A DNA stretch of 61,428 nt, filler included, from Sphacelaria rigidula (GCA_964200075.2; 10 parts of 10 records of this genome joined end to end with filler, not necessarily neighbours in it); one strand, 5' to 3'; positions 1 to 12,146 are shown, numbered from the whole stretch's first letter. Numbers and translations are program-made. Notes: generated by a model from the letters alone, not told the origin.

Positions 1-2200
1 ATCAAGCAATCTCAGCGGAAACAAAACCGTCTTCGCAAGTTCTAAACACACCACAGAACAGTGATAGCTGCAGCACATGGGAGCGGACGTGAGTGTGTTT
101 GTGCCGCAGTACAGAGAAACAAGACATGTTTCATGTTTTAGTTCTTCGGCTGATTATAAACGGGCCCTCAGTCTGTGCAGGGTGCCGATCCTGAACACTC
201 GGACATGGTTGCGCTTCGCGCAAATAATTTATTTCACTACAAAATTATCCCCATGTATGGGTGCTGTGCCTAGCTTTGCCAAGTACTACGACACGTTGTC
301 CAAATTTCGATTTCGATCACCGAAATATAGGGGTCCTCGGTGAAAAGCGATTCCGGGAAATTTCGGCGATCCGATCGGGTCACCTGAATCTCCCAAAACT
401 ATTTCTTCATCTAGGACCCTAACATTTGGGTTATCGTTGTGTTATGTATGTCAGCCCGAAAATAGCCGTTTTTTGCCCCTGCTCCAGAGGCAAAATAAAT
501 GAACGCGCATAAAAAATGGCGGAGAACGCCACAAACTGTTCGCCTCAGCTTACGCTTCGTGCAGCGGCTAGCCACCCCTTACCCGGAACCACTTTGTCGC
601 GTTCTCACTTCCGTCAAGCACGAAAATTGCAGAAAAAAAGCGGTCGTTTGGCAAAACCCGAATATGGAGTGGCCAGATTGGGTCAAGTTTACCCTGAATT
701 TTGAACCAAAAATATCACACGCTGGGCAATTAGATTTTGTTGTACAGAGTGTATGGTGTACAGTACTGAATACATTGTGTATTGCAATAGGCGCAATAGT
801 CGATACTGTACGCAGTACACTTTTTGACTCTGTATTCCATGGTCCAGGGTGTGAAGAATGTAGTTTTTCCCTCCATCGGCTCCTACCGCTTCACCTTTCC
901 AACGATACTAGCTTCATGGTCGTGAATACTCGCCGACGGGGTGGACGCTTCTCCTAGACTCAAGTGCCTGAACTCATGGGATAGGAAGGATATGTTTTCA
1001 TCATTGTCGATAAAATCCCGTGTCGAACAGGACAGTCAAGTGCAATAAAGGTCTTTCTGAACGAAGGAAATTTTCCCGAAACGACCGCTGATTGGTCGCT
1101 GCGATACCACCCTTCCTCCCCCCCCCAAAAAAAAGAAAATCCCCTCAATGTATACGGAAATCCCCTTTCCAAAAGGGAATTTCCGTTCACCTCGAAGGGG
1201 AACATACATGTCTGTTTGACAGGAACACATACGAAGGCTTACCACACAACTCAATACAACCAGAGCTGGACCTGACTAACTCGGCCCCGCGAACCAATTA
1301 CACACTTCGAGCCGTCGCTTCTCATCAGCTGTGCACGGTTAGCATTCATCAAGAAATCGTGATTTATGTGAGACGCCCGCACAGCACACGCTTACAAAAC
1401 GGTCAGCAACGACACGTGTACGGTTGTTTTCGACACACACGTGGCCGCCATTTGTCCAATACGTAACGGGTTTCCGTGAAACCATAACTGCCGTGTGTAG
1501 ATAAGCAAGTGCTAGGGGTAAAAGCAGTGCGCATGAGTGGTATGTACCCGTGTATGTTTTTTCGGGGCTGCGTGTTTAGATGATCTGTTACGACGTTGCA
1601 TCCTGTCTGTAGCCCTAGACAGTCTTTGAACTAACGACCACGTCCAGATCTGGGGTCCGATCTGTACAAAACTCCTTCTCGATTGGACTCAGTACTGGTC
1701 GTTATGGGGCCAATCCTTCGTCAAAAGGGGATTGTGAAAGAGAGGAGAATCCCCTTCGATAAGAAGGGCCCTCAGAACTGTCGCCAAACAAATGTTGCCG
1801 CCCCCTCAGATTCCGCCCGGAATCTGGAATCCGCTGGAAATTGTCAATCCGTTGCAATCGGCAAGTTCCCTCTGTCAAAAAAATCTGAAAAGCCCAAATT
1901 CACTCGACGGGAATTTCGGCCACGGAGAGCGTCTTTTATGAGCAATCCAAAGAACTCTTAGTATCTATAGCCGAAAATATTTGATATGAATATTTCCCGG
2001 GGTGTCACCTGCCGTGAATACGGAGTAGTCCAGGGTATATTTGGAGTGGTACGATCGATTTATGGATTGATTGACTGTCGCACTCAAACTGATCTCTCAG
2101 GGATCGATTCGTCGTTACGTCATATGAAGATCTCCGAGTATTCCGGCGTTCCGCGCAGTACCCACCGCCAAATAATGGATTTTTCCTGCACCTGGTAAAC

Positions 2201-2303
2201 CCCATGCAATGACCGCGAGGGTGGTTCATCTGGATCACGCGCACTCTTTTCGAGTGAAAGTGATGTCGTTTCAACGGATGACGTACGCTCGCCGTGTGAG
2301 GGT
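2201..2303. mobile_element. Degenerate copy of ~100-bp piggyBac-like MITE
   Basis: GACCGCGAGGGTGGTTCATCTGGATC...GAGTGAAAGTGATGTCG..TCAACGGATGAC...GAGGG aligns with the copies at 3881-3978, 7445-7523 and 20975-21080. Confidence 0.55.
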
Positions 2304-2687
2304 TCTATAAACGTCACCGTGTAAGACGCGTAGGCACAGATCAAGGTGGTTTTGCTCGCGCAAAAGGTGACGCATGCGGTACAATCCAAAACACGAATGT
2401 AGAATCCATCTAACTTTGGCACGCTGGTGTAACTTCAGACATTCCCGAAATTCCACGTCATTCAAGAACCCTACACGTTTTCCAGTGCAGGGACCATACA
2501 GCGACGTGGTACGCAAACGCAGAACGTGTTGAACTCCCTATACAATGGATAGCACGAAACATCTCTCGGTACACAGTATACAACAAATACGTTTGAGCAT
2601 GGAATGGTTGAGACCGGGGAGGACGGCAGTGCTGCAGGAGCGCATAACCCGAGTGGGCGTCTGTGTTGCACGTGCGTCTTGTAGCCG

Positions 2688-3088
2688 CACACACGGCCAT
2701 TCGGCTACCCCCCCCCAAAATACTCTTTTCCGGTCAACTTTTCGAGCCTCCAGAGAAGAAGAAACGTCCTGAGAAGATGCGCGGCCCTCCAGAGGGGTAG
2801 GATCGAGCGCCTCCAGAGGCTTGTTTTGCCTCTCGAGGGCCGCGCACCCTCTGAAGGAACTAGATGCGCAGCCCTCCAGAGCACCATCCTTTTTGTGACT
2901 CTCGATGGATTCAGACCTTTGAAGCCACTGGAGCATCAGATGCCGTCCAGAGGATTCGTTGTATGACCGGAGTTGAGTATGAAATACCCTCTAAAGGGTA
3001 TTTTCATCCTCCGGAGGGTCACTTTACCCTCGAGAGGATGAAAATCGCGATAGAGGATATCTATGGGGGTAGCCGAATGCCGCGTGTG
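2688..3088. mobile_element. MITE with CACAC termini (CMC/EnSpm-like, non-autonomous)
   Basis: TIRs CACACACGGCCATTCGGCTACCCCC / GGGGGTAGCCGAATG-CCGCGTGTG, with internal CCTCCAGAGG palindromic repeats. Second copy at 46439-46789. Confidence 0.8.
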
Positions 3089-3644
3089 AGGGCACAGATC
3101 ACCGTGAGCGTCTAAAGCTTTGAATAGTGATTATTGCAGAGAATGTGTAGAATTCGTCGACTGGGCCAAAGTACTGAGTGCCCCCAGAGCACACATAGTA
3201 GTGTTCACCGCTCGAAGTACTGAATTCACCATGAAAACCCTCTTGTAGCACCGGATGCGACGCAAAATTGAACTCGGCGGCGACGGATCCTGCAGTGCTA
3301 CGAGCAAGGAGACTCCCAGGATAAGGGCAACGGGGGGGGCATGATGTTTGCAGTAAAAGGAACTGCGCGTTCCCCGACCCGAACAACAGGAGCAAATTTT
3401 TTTGGTGCGCGTACTTTCCAATTTGGAAACGAAAACGAACAACGTCAGATGAAGAAACGTCATGTACGGTTTCCAAAGCGAAGGAAGAAAAAATGAAGTA
3501 AAGTTCCCTCCAAAATTGGGGGCGGAAGCATCTTTTTCTCGCGTCGTTCACCTCTTGACCGGGCGGGCAGGTCATACGGGTCATGTATTCATGATTCAGG
3601 TGAAAATATTGGCGATTCAGCACATGATCCACCCGTATGCTGGA

Positions 3645-4133
3645 GGGTCATGAAGGGTCCTGAGTACAAAGATCCGAATCTTCTTGCATCCGGCGGAGCA
3701 TTTTCCTACTGAACACATGCGCACCCCTGAGTATATCATGTCGTTATTACAGGCATCTCAAACTCGGTTCCCGGGGATCATGAAGGGTCCCGAGTACAAA
3801 GATCCGAATCTCCTTGCGTCTTGCAGAGCATTTTACTACTAAAAACACGCTCACCCCTGAGTATATCATCTCGTTATTAACCCTCAGACTGCGAGGTTAG
3901 TCTTATGTTGAGTCGGCATCAATTTCATGTGAAGAAAATTATGCATGATCCAGGAAGACTAATCTCGCAGTCTAAGGGTTGAAGGTATCTCAAACTCGGT
4001 TCCCGGGGGTCCTAAAAGGCCCTGAGTACAAAGATCGGAATCTCCTTGCTTCTGGTGAAGCATTCTCGTACCTGACACACGCGCACCCCTGAGTATATCA
4101 GCTCGTAATTAGAGGTATCTCAAACTCGGTTCC
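3645..4133. repeat. Tandem repeat, ~130-bp unit, 3 copies, the second interrupted by a MITE
   Basis: TGAAGGGTCC.GAGTACAAAGATC..AATCT...CACCCCTGAGTATATCA...CTCAAACTCGGTTCCCGG starts near 3651, 3781 and ~4013. An inverted partial copy lies at ~4296-4320. Confidence 0.9.
3881..3978. mobile_element. piggyBac-like MITE (98 bp)
   Basis: TTAA|CCCTCAGACTGCGAGGTTAGTCTT ... AAGACTAATCTCGCAGTCTAAGGG|TTGA. CCC..GGG TIRs and a TTAA-type TSD. Neighbouring tandem units show the empty site. Confidence 0.85.
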
Positions 4134-5980
4134 CGGTTTCCTGGTTTCTTCGCTGGCTCTGGGGTTTGTACTTTTTCTTCAAGTGAAGGTGATGGCGATT
4201 CGTAGGGGGACCTGACCTGACGGTCAAAGGGTCTCATCATCTGATGAAATGCCATCACCTTCACTTGAAGAAATGAAAGGTAACAAACCAGGAGACCGGG
4301 AACCGAGTTTGAGATACCTTTCTCGTGACATGAAGTGGCGAGTGGCTCGCAGTGTTTCGCAGATAGAGTGCACCTTCCATTGGCGACGGTAATGTTAATT
4401 TCAAGTTTACGATAGTTCATGTGCGTGGTGTATGTGCCTGGATCTCTTTTCATAGTAGTACCTCAGGTTCCCTTTTTTTCGGCATGTATGCCCCTTGCAG
4501 TATCGAAGCAGCTCCTCGTCGTCTGCGACCATCGGCTCCCTTCACAGGGTATGGTCGACAGCTGTATCCTGGAGCTCTGAACCGCTCACTATAGTACAAC
4601 GTCGTTTTTCGATCGAAACAGTTGCTTCACACACATCTTTTCCTCCTCCGATCTAGGAGGTTGATATGTGGCATTAAAGTGTCAAAGGGTTAGAGTCCGC
4701 TCACAAGTCCAATGGTGTCATCCAAGTTGCTACAAAAGGTTTCATGGTTGAGCCATTATTCGTACTTGGTTCCGGTCCAGATCACCATATTCGGAACCTT
4801 TCGTGACAAAGAATGCGTCGATCAGTTCGCCTCAACGCATCTCTTTGTCGGTCCGCGCGAGTGACATCGTACATCGTGATGATCCAACCCAAGGATTCGG
4901 TCAATCTTCGACACAGCCGTCCCAGACAGGCCAGGTGGGATCCGAAGAATCAAGCAGAACCGATCTTTTCAGTCCAGTGCCCGGCTCTACAAATATGAAG
5001 TATAAAGATGCCGACTGCGTGCAAGTGGACGGGGTGGGGTGTCGGTATGTCCTGCAGTGCTTGTCTTGTTGCACCTGGTATACTTGTACGTATGACTGTC
5101 CCTCGAAAGGTCGAAAGATGGAACCTTGCGATTCTTAGTTCTTTGGTTGGTGGAATTAGAGGCCTTGAGTCTCGCCCGTAGTCGGACCGTATTTTCATTT
5201 CTACTTGGCCTCGCGCGTCGAGTTGGAAAGCCGGGTGCCACCCCCTTAAATCCGAATGGCCACCTGCGGCACCGGATCTCCTGAGGTTAGCCATATGTCC
5301 TCTCTTTCTTCTTCATTATTTATCCCTGTTTGGCTTGTAACGCGTCTTGTGAGTTTGAATCCGGGTCCATCGTAACTTGAGGAGGTTCTTTCCCACTAGG
5401 CCTCATACGGTTTTGAGACGAAGGCTGCAGTCGCCACCCCCGTCTCGAGTATTTGGTGCCGTATCTGTAACTGAGATGGTCAAACTTGATGTGTATGATA
5501 CAAACGCCCTTCATCTCTCTGACGATCGGAGTGGGCAATAGGTCTGTCGAGTCGGCGTCATTTTCACTCGAAAAGCATGGCGTAGGCAAGCAGCGAACGA
5601 ACGACCCAAAATGCGAAGAAGTCACGCCGCATCACGGAAGCTGTTGGAAGAACATCGTATACAGATTGTGATGCATAAAAGACCTTGGGGGAGTTCTGCT
5701 GGGCAGTAATTTGTAGAGCCGCCCACTGTACTGTTTCGAATCAAACGACGAGAGTTCTGAGCATACTTGTCTTTCGATCGACGGTGGGCAGCTTGAACCG
5801 CGTTCGACCGCGATGTTAGACGATCTGTTCATGTAATCATTTTTCAAGTGAGAATGATGCTGATTGCGTTCGGCCTTCTTTGTCTCGAGACGCTGGATCT
5901 CGTGTCCTTTTCATCTGTATTTTTTTCCACGTGATTTCACTTTGTCGGTTGTTCGCCGCCTACACTCTGATGACGGCACG

Positions 5981-6053
5981 ATATTTGTTGCTTGCCTTGG
6001 TCATTTGACCATTGACCACGCATCCCTTTCGAGGCGGAGCACCGTTCCTATTC
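5981..6053 (-). mobile_element. 3' terminus of the poly(C)-family LINE (contig ends inside it, no C-tail visible here)
   Basis: ATTTGTTGCTTGCCTTGGTCATTTGACCATTGACCACGCATCCCTTTCGAGGCGGAGCACCGTTCCTA matches 17013-17080 and 40634-40701. Confidence 0.85.
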
Positions 6054-6153
6054 NNNNNNNNNNNNNNNNNNNNNNNNNNNNNNNNNNNNNNNNNNNNTTA
6101 ATTAATTAANNNNNNNNNNNNNNNNNNNNNNNNNNNNNNNNNNNNNNNNNNNN
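6054..6153. other. Artificial contig spacer (N44-TTAATTAATTAA-N44). Same spacer at 12207-12306, 18360-18459, 24513-24612, 30666-30765, 36819-36918, 42972-43071, 49125-49224, 55277-55376
   Basis: Identical 100-nt spacers with stops in all six frames recur every 6152-6153 nt. Segments are 6053 bp (x8) then 6052 bp (x2), as expected for length-sorted contigs. Most segments begin or end inside repeats. Confidence 0.97.
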
Positions 6154-6342
6154 GTGAGAGCGTGAGTAAACAGAGTAGTCGACTGGGTTCGTGTGACGTG
6201 AGGTTCACTCGGTGCTGGAGTGCTGACCCAATCCGCGAGACCAAAATGAAAGGCGGGTACCGGGGGAGAGATGGGTTGATCCCCTAAGACCACAGACTCG
6301 TCCCGAGGAAGGGGAGGGGTTCAAAGTGCGAAGAAAAGAAAA
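6154..6342 (+). mobile_element. Dispersed retroposon-like repeat (3' end with A-rich tail), family 'GAGGAAGGGG'
   Basis: GCTGACCCAATCCGCGAG..AAAATG...GAGATGGGTTGATCCC.T.AGACCAC.GACT...GAGGAAGGGGAGGGGTTCAAAGTG also at 33785-33930 (+), 36919-37062 (+) and ~19550-19675 (-). Confidence 0.75.
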
Positions 6343-7199
6343 GTGTACACGAAACGAATTCTGCCACTGCAATTTGTTGTCGAGAGTGTAGAAAACACAA
6401 CGATCTTGACTTCCATGAGGGTGTCTCGTTTGCTGCTTTCTGTTTTTGTTTTTTCTGGTGATTTCCCAGAAGTAATTATGATAGCTCTTTCATCTCCTGT
6501 ACGGAATAGCACTGACGATATTGGAAATACGAGCCCGTCTGTCGCCTCGGGTTCAAGAGATCGTTTAATGGTACATTTTGGTTTGGTCAACCCCTTCCCC
6601 CCCCCCTCCCCGACAGAGGGGGCCCCACTGGAGACGCCGTGCCGGACGCATGTTTTAGCCTCGTTTTTACGCTGTTGATATTTGACGTCAAAGCCCAAAA
6701 AATACGTCAAGTTCGGTCTAATACTCAAGGGCAAAACCAGCGCACTCGGCGCGGAATTCCGATGAGTGAGAAAAAAGTAGCCCATTTCAATTTTTCATCA
6801 GAGAATAATTGAACCGTCTTTTCTAGTCTGTTTAATTTCTGATGATTGAAAAAAAATAGAACTGAAGCACGACCCCAGGACTGCTGCTGCATGTCGTGTG
6901 CTGTCTGGTGTAGTGTGTGCTGTATGTATCATACGTAGCTGGTATCGGCTTATAAAGCCGGTGACGGTAAATTCGGGTTTGAAACCATCATCCATTTTTT
7001 CAATATAACCATCACCACCATTACCATCATAATGATGTCATATCTCTAGAAGACGAAGCAATACTATGTCGAGGTATACGGGTATACCGGCGGTGGGTTT
7101 CATAGGTACAGGCAATTTTGATATAACGTGAACACTAAATTCAATAGTTACATGAGTTCAATATTTTCAACAATTCCTCTACAACATATTACGCATCAT

Positions 7200-8130
7200 A
7201 TGACGCAGACTCGATTTTGGTATGCACCCCATCACCCTTGGGTTTGCCGGGTTCCCGGGACCCGCAGTCGCAGGACAAAACCGTGCAGTGGCGGGATGAT
7301 GTCCACAACACCGACGTGTTTCCACAAGCGGTGCTATGTCATTCGGTATCCGGGTTGGTGTTCCCAAGGTTCGCTTAGAGCGTCACCGTGCTTGCGGTTT
7401 GGTTGCGATGGCCGTGGTTAGCGGTGTAGTTTCCATGTGCTTGACCCTGACGACTGCGAGGGTAGTCCATCTGGATCGTGCATACCCTTTCCGAGTGAAA
7501 TTGATGCCGACTCAACGGATGACCTACTGTCGCCGTCTGAGGGTTTAGCTGGCTTCCGCAATGTGAACGGCTTTGGCTACGGGACATGAGACAAGATACT
7601 GCTACCGTCGTCGTGGTGTGTTGTTTTATCGTGCTGCCCGGACGGAAAGCCTCCCGAGAAGAGTGCTATACCCGCATCAATGGTGCCTCCTTGCCTTTGT
7701 CGGGCTGACGTGCTGTTGTCCTGGATGGCTCCGTGTTGATCAATGCCGTACACACGGGACATCAGACAGCTTACGTAAACCTGTATCTCTCTCTCGCACG
7801 TGCAACCTCGTGTGCTGAAGCACCGCCTCCTTTTGAAGGTATACCGTGCGCCTGCTTCATTACCGAGTACTTGTGGAAATATTATCGATTTTGGCGGGAA
7901 ATCTTCTCTCTAGCTGGCCTGCTGCCACAACAGTCCTGAGCTGTAGCCAACTAGTGAGGGGACGATTAACCCGGACCAGATCTGGACGACAAATGCCCAA
8001 ACAGTGCAATCTCATTGACACGTCTGCGGCACACGAGGCTTGAGTAGCGTACGTGTATCTTCACAAGAAAACGCCGAATAAGATCTTGCACGAGTATCCT
8101 GGGAAACAACGAAACAAGAATCATTTTAGT
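7200..8130 (+). pseudogene. Degenerate protein-coding repeat of unknown family, homologous to ~47700-48700 (-)
   Basis: Translated blocks WYAPHH, VHTGHQTAYVNLY and AATTVLSCSQLV...QMPKQCNLIDTSAAH match WGAPHH, LHTGHQTANVNMY and AATVLGCSKLV...QIPNHFNLVDLSAAH in a different contig. Both copies are frameshifted. Confidence 0.65.
7445..7523. mobile_element. piggyBac-like MITE copy nested in the degenerate coding repeat (element runs to ~7543)
   Basis: TTGA|CCCTGACGACTGCGAGGGTAGTCCATCTGGATCG...GAAATTGATGCCGACTCAACGGATGACCTAC..TCGCCGTCTGAGGG|TTTA. The internal sequence matches the reverse complement of 3881-3978. Confidence 0.7.
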
Positions 8131-8232
8131 GCAATCATGTAACGATCTGTACCTCCGATCTGACCGTTTCATTGAATTGTGTGTGTGTGATCCCGTCAAT
8201 GCCTGTCGGTCTTGGATGCGAACGGTGCTCAG

Positions 8233-8370
8233 GCGTTCGGCGCGAAGCTGGTGTTGACGCCGGCTACTAAGGGCATGGGCGGGGCTGTGGGCAAGGCAGA
8301 GGCCATCGTGGCGGAGCTTGGGGAGAACGCCTTCATGCTCCAACAGTTCAACAATCCCGACAACCCGAAG
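8233..8370 (+). CDS. cysK: Cysteine synthase / O-acetylserine(thiol)lyase, internal exon
   Basis: AG|...|GT, 138 nt, phase 0. AFGAKLVLTPATKGMGGAVGKAEAIVAELGENAFMLQQFNNPDNPK contains the QQFxNPxN motif of CysK/OASTL. Confidence 0.93.
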
Positions 8371-8404
8371 GTGTGTCCTCAGCAGTGGCGTTTTCCCTTC
8401 GCCC

Positions 8405-8680
8405 CCTCCAGTTGTCGATACCAGAAGATGAAACAACTCAATGTAGGCTGCCATCCAAATGCAAGGCAATCATTAGGCTTCGGTCCGTACACTCGTAGCA
8501 GGATGCAGCTGACCCTCCATGCGACTCGCCGAACGATCACACCGCGGCACTTCACGCTTGGCGATTGATAGCCAACCTGATATGGCGAAAACCTGGCGCC
8601 CTCCCTCCCGGCTTTGGGGGGATATGAGATCATTAGTCTTTGGGACTACGGCATGCATCATCAGGAGTACACTCCCCCCT
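8405..8680 (+). mobile_element. Poly(C)-tailed SINE, 5'-truncated and diverged
   Basis: CCAGAAGATGAAACAACTCA...CATCCAAATGCAAG...GCAGGATGCAGCT...GGACTACGGCATGC...GAGTACACTCCCCC matches 11725-12160 and 40137-40535. Confidence 0.8.
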
Positions 8681-9287
8681 CTATATTCGATTAGCACGAT
8701 GACCCCGCGAGCTGTGCGGAAATTGAATGTAATAATCTTGTTGACTGTTTCTATGCACGCCCCTGTTTGATAACTTCGACATGTGTGGTAGTTCATGAGT
8801 CACACCGTCGACGATATTCTGGTCCTTTGACCTCACCCCTGTGCTGTAGCTCTCATGATACGTGCGATATTGAGAAGACATTTACTCCAGGGTCGTGACA
8901 GCAGGACCCTCCTGTGCGATGACGCCGATCCCTGAGGAGAAAACCGAGTTTGAATTATTTCCGGCTTGTGTTTTTATCGCGCAGGGGGGCACGATAAATA
9001 CGACGTGTGGACGGTTCGGACGAATCATCGCCCGTTCGAATAACCATATCCACGATGTCTGAGGCCTGATTGCTCGAAAGAGGGAATTTTTTGTTGACCG
9101 CTGATGGAAAACATTCCACACAATTCCACGTGCCTGGGGTGTGCGCGTACCTGGGTTGCAACGCTTCAAACAAGGGTTGAACATTATTTCATACGGTACG
9201 AATTAGACATACTGAGATCAAGTAATTTCCAGACGAATCATTGATTCGTCCAACCCTTGGACTTGTGCGATCAACCCGATTTGTGGC

Positions 9288-9362
9288 ATTATTATTATTA
9301 TTTCCGCACATTAGTCCGATCTCGCGAACCCGTGGTCACAGACGTACGCTCGCCTTTCCAAA
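9288..9362 (-). mobile_element. Retroposon 3' end with (TAA)n tail
   Basis: Minus strand GGAAAGGCGAGCGTACGTCTGTGACCACGGGTTCGCGAGATCGGACTAATGTGCGGAAATAATAATAATAAT. Second copy at ~58200-58255. Confidence 0.6.
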
Positions 9363-9620
9363 GCAGTCACTACAATTCCTTACCAGACACATCACCAAAA
9401 TAATGGAAAAAAATAAGAAGAGCGACATGATTCGCACTTTTCAAATTTAAGATACCCTTGACTCGCGCTTGTTAATTTCAAGGTACCCTTGTCAACATGG
9501 AGTGAGGGAGGGACTGCGTTATGTTGTGTAGATATTTAGCCATGAGAACACATCGTTCTTTTTTTCTCCTCCTTGTCTGACTGTTCTAGTTCCCGTATTC
9601 TTTTTTTTTTCGGTTCGCAG

Positions 9621-9758
9621 ATCCACCGCGAGACCACCGGACCCGAGCTGTGGACCCAGACCGCGGGTAAGATCGATGCCTTGGTGTCGGGTGTCGGAAC
9701 GGGCGGCACGATGACCGGTTCCGGGCAGTACCTCAAGGTCATGAAGCCTTCCATCAAG
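9621..9758 (+). CDS. cysK: Cysteine synthase, internal exon
   Basis: CAG|ATC...AAG|GTGAG, 138 nt. [46 protein letters not shown] contains the PLP phosphate-binding GTGGT loop. Confidence 0.95.
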
Positions 9759-10423
9759 GTGAGATATGCTCCGCCCTCGACTCGTGGATGTCAATGAGTG
9801 ATGGCGTCCCAAGCGCGCAGGGCGGCAGGCCGGTGGAGGCGGACTGTCGTCATCCCCAATGCGATCGATCATCCCGCAAAACAAATGCGTAGCCGCAACA
9901 AAGGGAGGGAGAGAGAGACAGAGAAAGATGGTTTATAGTAGCTATGCGCGTCTACCGACATAATGAGATCAAAGTGACTTCAATGTTCGATGTCAGTACA
10001 TGGACCACACCCTGAGCACGTAAAACCTTGGATAAGGATGATGCAACTCTTGGAAATCATCTGCCCATGTAGCCCAAGGAATCCACCCAATACTTTTTCA
10101 TGGGACATGTGTGGCAGTCATTACTTCAGTAGCAAGTGACGAAGCCTCCCATCAAGGTACGGTGCTTGCTGGCAGCTCACCCCAGTATCTCCGACCCCCC
10201 CCCCCCCCCCCCGCCCTTTCCCCCCCCCCCCCTCTCCCCCGTCCCCCCCCCGCCCCCCCCCCCCCACTCGGCCCCTCCTTCCGCNNNNNNNNNNGTCTCC
10301 CATTAAGGTTGCGTGGTTGGTGGCATCTTACCCCAGTGTCGCCTCCCCCCCCCCCCCGACTGTCGTTTCCGTTCCCCATCTGCTCGTCGATCCCCGTGTC
10401 GCTCTCTCGACCGAAATCGTCAG

Positions 10424-10546
10424 CTGTGCGCCGTGGAACCCGTAGAGTCTTCTGTTCTTTCTGGCGGAAAGCCAGGCCCTCACAAGATCCAAGGCATCGG
10501 TGCCGGCTTCATCCCGGGAAACTGCGACACGTCGCTGATTGATGAG
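10424..10546 (+). CDS. cysK: Cysteine synthase, internal exon
   Basis: CAG|CTG...GAG|GT, 123 nt. [41 protein letters not shown] contains the [12 protein letters not shown] signature. Confidence 0.95.
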
Positions 10547-10766
10547 GTGTGATGTGTGGTATGCGGTGTTCCCGACTGTAGTCTGCTCTACTCGCGCTTC
10601 GGTGGTTGATTGACCGATCTCTTTCTACGTGGGTGCACCTTCACGTTTTTATTTCCCTTGTAGTTTTTCCTTGTCTTCTCTTGTCTTGAATGAGCTGCTG
10701 GATATTATTCTCCTCCATGTGTTCGTTTCTCTCTCAACATCCAATTCCTTTCTCGTTGTTTTCAGA

Positions 10767-11098
10767 CCTTCACGCGACTCGCCAAGCACAGTACGGCGCT
10801 TTGCGCTTTGTGATCGATTGCGAACCTGGCCAGGCCATTACCTGGCGTGCTCCGTTCCGACTTTGTAGGGATACGAGGTCAAAGAGGTGTTATGACTACG
10901 GCATGCAAGATCACGGGTACCCCCCCCCCCCCCCCCTTAGCACACCGTTCATGCGACTTGCTGAGCACATTCACGGCGCCTCGTGCTTGATGACTGCTAG
11001 CCTATCCCGGGAAAACTTTTTGTAGGGATCCGAGTTCAATGGTCATGTTGCTACGGCATGTCAGAAAGTGAGTGCACCCCCTCAACCCCCCGCCCCCG
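10767..11098 (+). mobile_element. Two tandem 5'-truncated poly(C)-tailed SINE copies
   Basis: Copy 1 ends TATGACTACGGCATGCAAGATCACGGGTAC(C)17 at ~10936. Copy 2 follows at once and ends GAGTGCACCCCC..CCCCCC at ~11098. Confidence 0.8.
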
Positions 11099-11281
11099 TC
11101 ATTTTCCCTCGCCTCGTCTCATTCCGCAGTCAATCTGTCACGTGTTACTGAAGTGATGATTGAGTTCTGGAGATATCTCCCTACCGTCTTGACCGCTGTC
11201 GAACGCGTTTTGTGTGTGTGTGTGTGTGTGTGGTGTATTTCGTGCTTCGTTTCCATGGCGTTTGTCGCAATGTCCCGGTAG

Positions 11282-11380
11282 ATCATCAAGGTAGATTCTG
11301 AGCAATCGATGGTCATGGCCCGCGAGCTGGCGAAGAAGGAGGGGATGTTGGTGGGCATCTCGTCCGGTGCTGCAGTTCAC
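11282..11380 (+). CDS. cysK: Cysteine synthase, internal exon
   Basis: TAG|ATC...CAC|GTGAG, 99 nt. IIKVDSEQSMVMARELAKKEGMLVGISSGAAVH contains the EGxxVGISSGA motif. Confidence 0.93.
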
Positions 11381-11724
11381 GTGAGCTTGAAATGTACAGT
11401 GTGCATTTTGTTGTTTTCCATGTCAAGTTAGGGTCTGTCTTTTCTCGTGCTCTGTATCCTCATTTTTGTTGTGAGCGTTGCTTTGTGTGGTACTTCCTCG
11501 TTTTACCCTCAACAGGTATCGCAACCCCTCCCCCCCGCCCTCCTCGTATGCCTGGTCCGGCGAAAACCCGGTGTGCTCCGTCCCAGCTTTGTAGGGGCGG
11601 ACATCCCAATGGGGTTGGCATCGGTTGGCAATGACGCTGTAAACACGCCCCTCACTGCGTAAGCTAGGCAACCAGGTTACCAATTTTGTTTCGTGCGTTT
11701 GCGTTTTTTTTTTGCGGTAACCAT

Positions 11725-12109
11725 GGTGGTCGAGCTAGATGATACTGTGCGGGTAGTGAAAACCTCGACTCCGCTTGAAGATGATCGTGCTACGCAGTAT
11801 TTCAATGGTGAGACACCCATGAGGCAATGTGTAAGCCGGTGCTGTCTCTTAAAGTGGCAATGCCAGAAAATGAAGCAACTCATTGGAGGCTGTCATTCAA
11901 ATGCAAGATACTCAGTACGCTTCGGACTGAACAATATTAGCAGGATGCAGCTCACCCTTCATGCGACTCGCCGAGCAAACACCCCACGGTGCTTCGCGCT
12001 TGATGATCTACTGCCAGTGTGTTCGGGCGAAAACCCGGTGTGCTCCATCCTGGCTTTGTAGGGATGGGAGGTCAATGGTCTCATGACTACGGCGTGCAAG
12101 ATCCCGGGT

Positions 12110-12146
<37 letters not shown>

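Noticed and set aside
3099..3632. Cys-rich ORF fragments (ICSCC...FYCKHH) as a piggyBac transposase C-terminus
   Set aside because: The motif is incomplete and I could not find the DDD core upstream. It would need an HMM search.
10195..10294. Pro-rich and Gly-rich ORFs over C-runs (also 11959-12258)
   Set aside because: Translations of low-quality homopolymer tracts next to an assembly gap, inside an intron.
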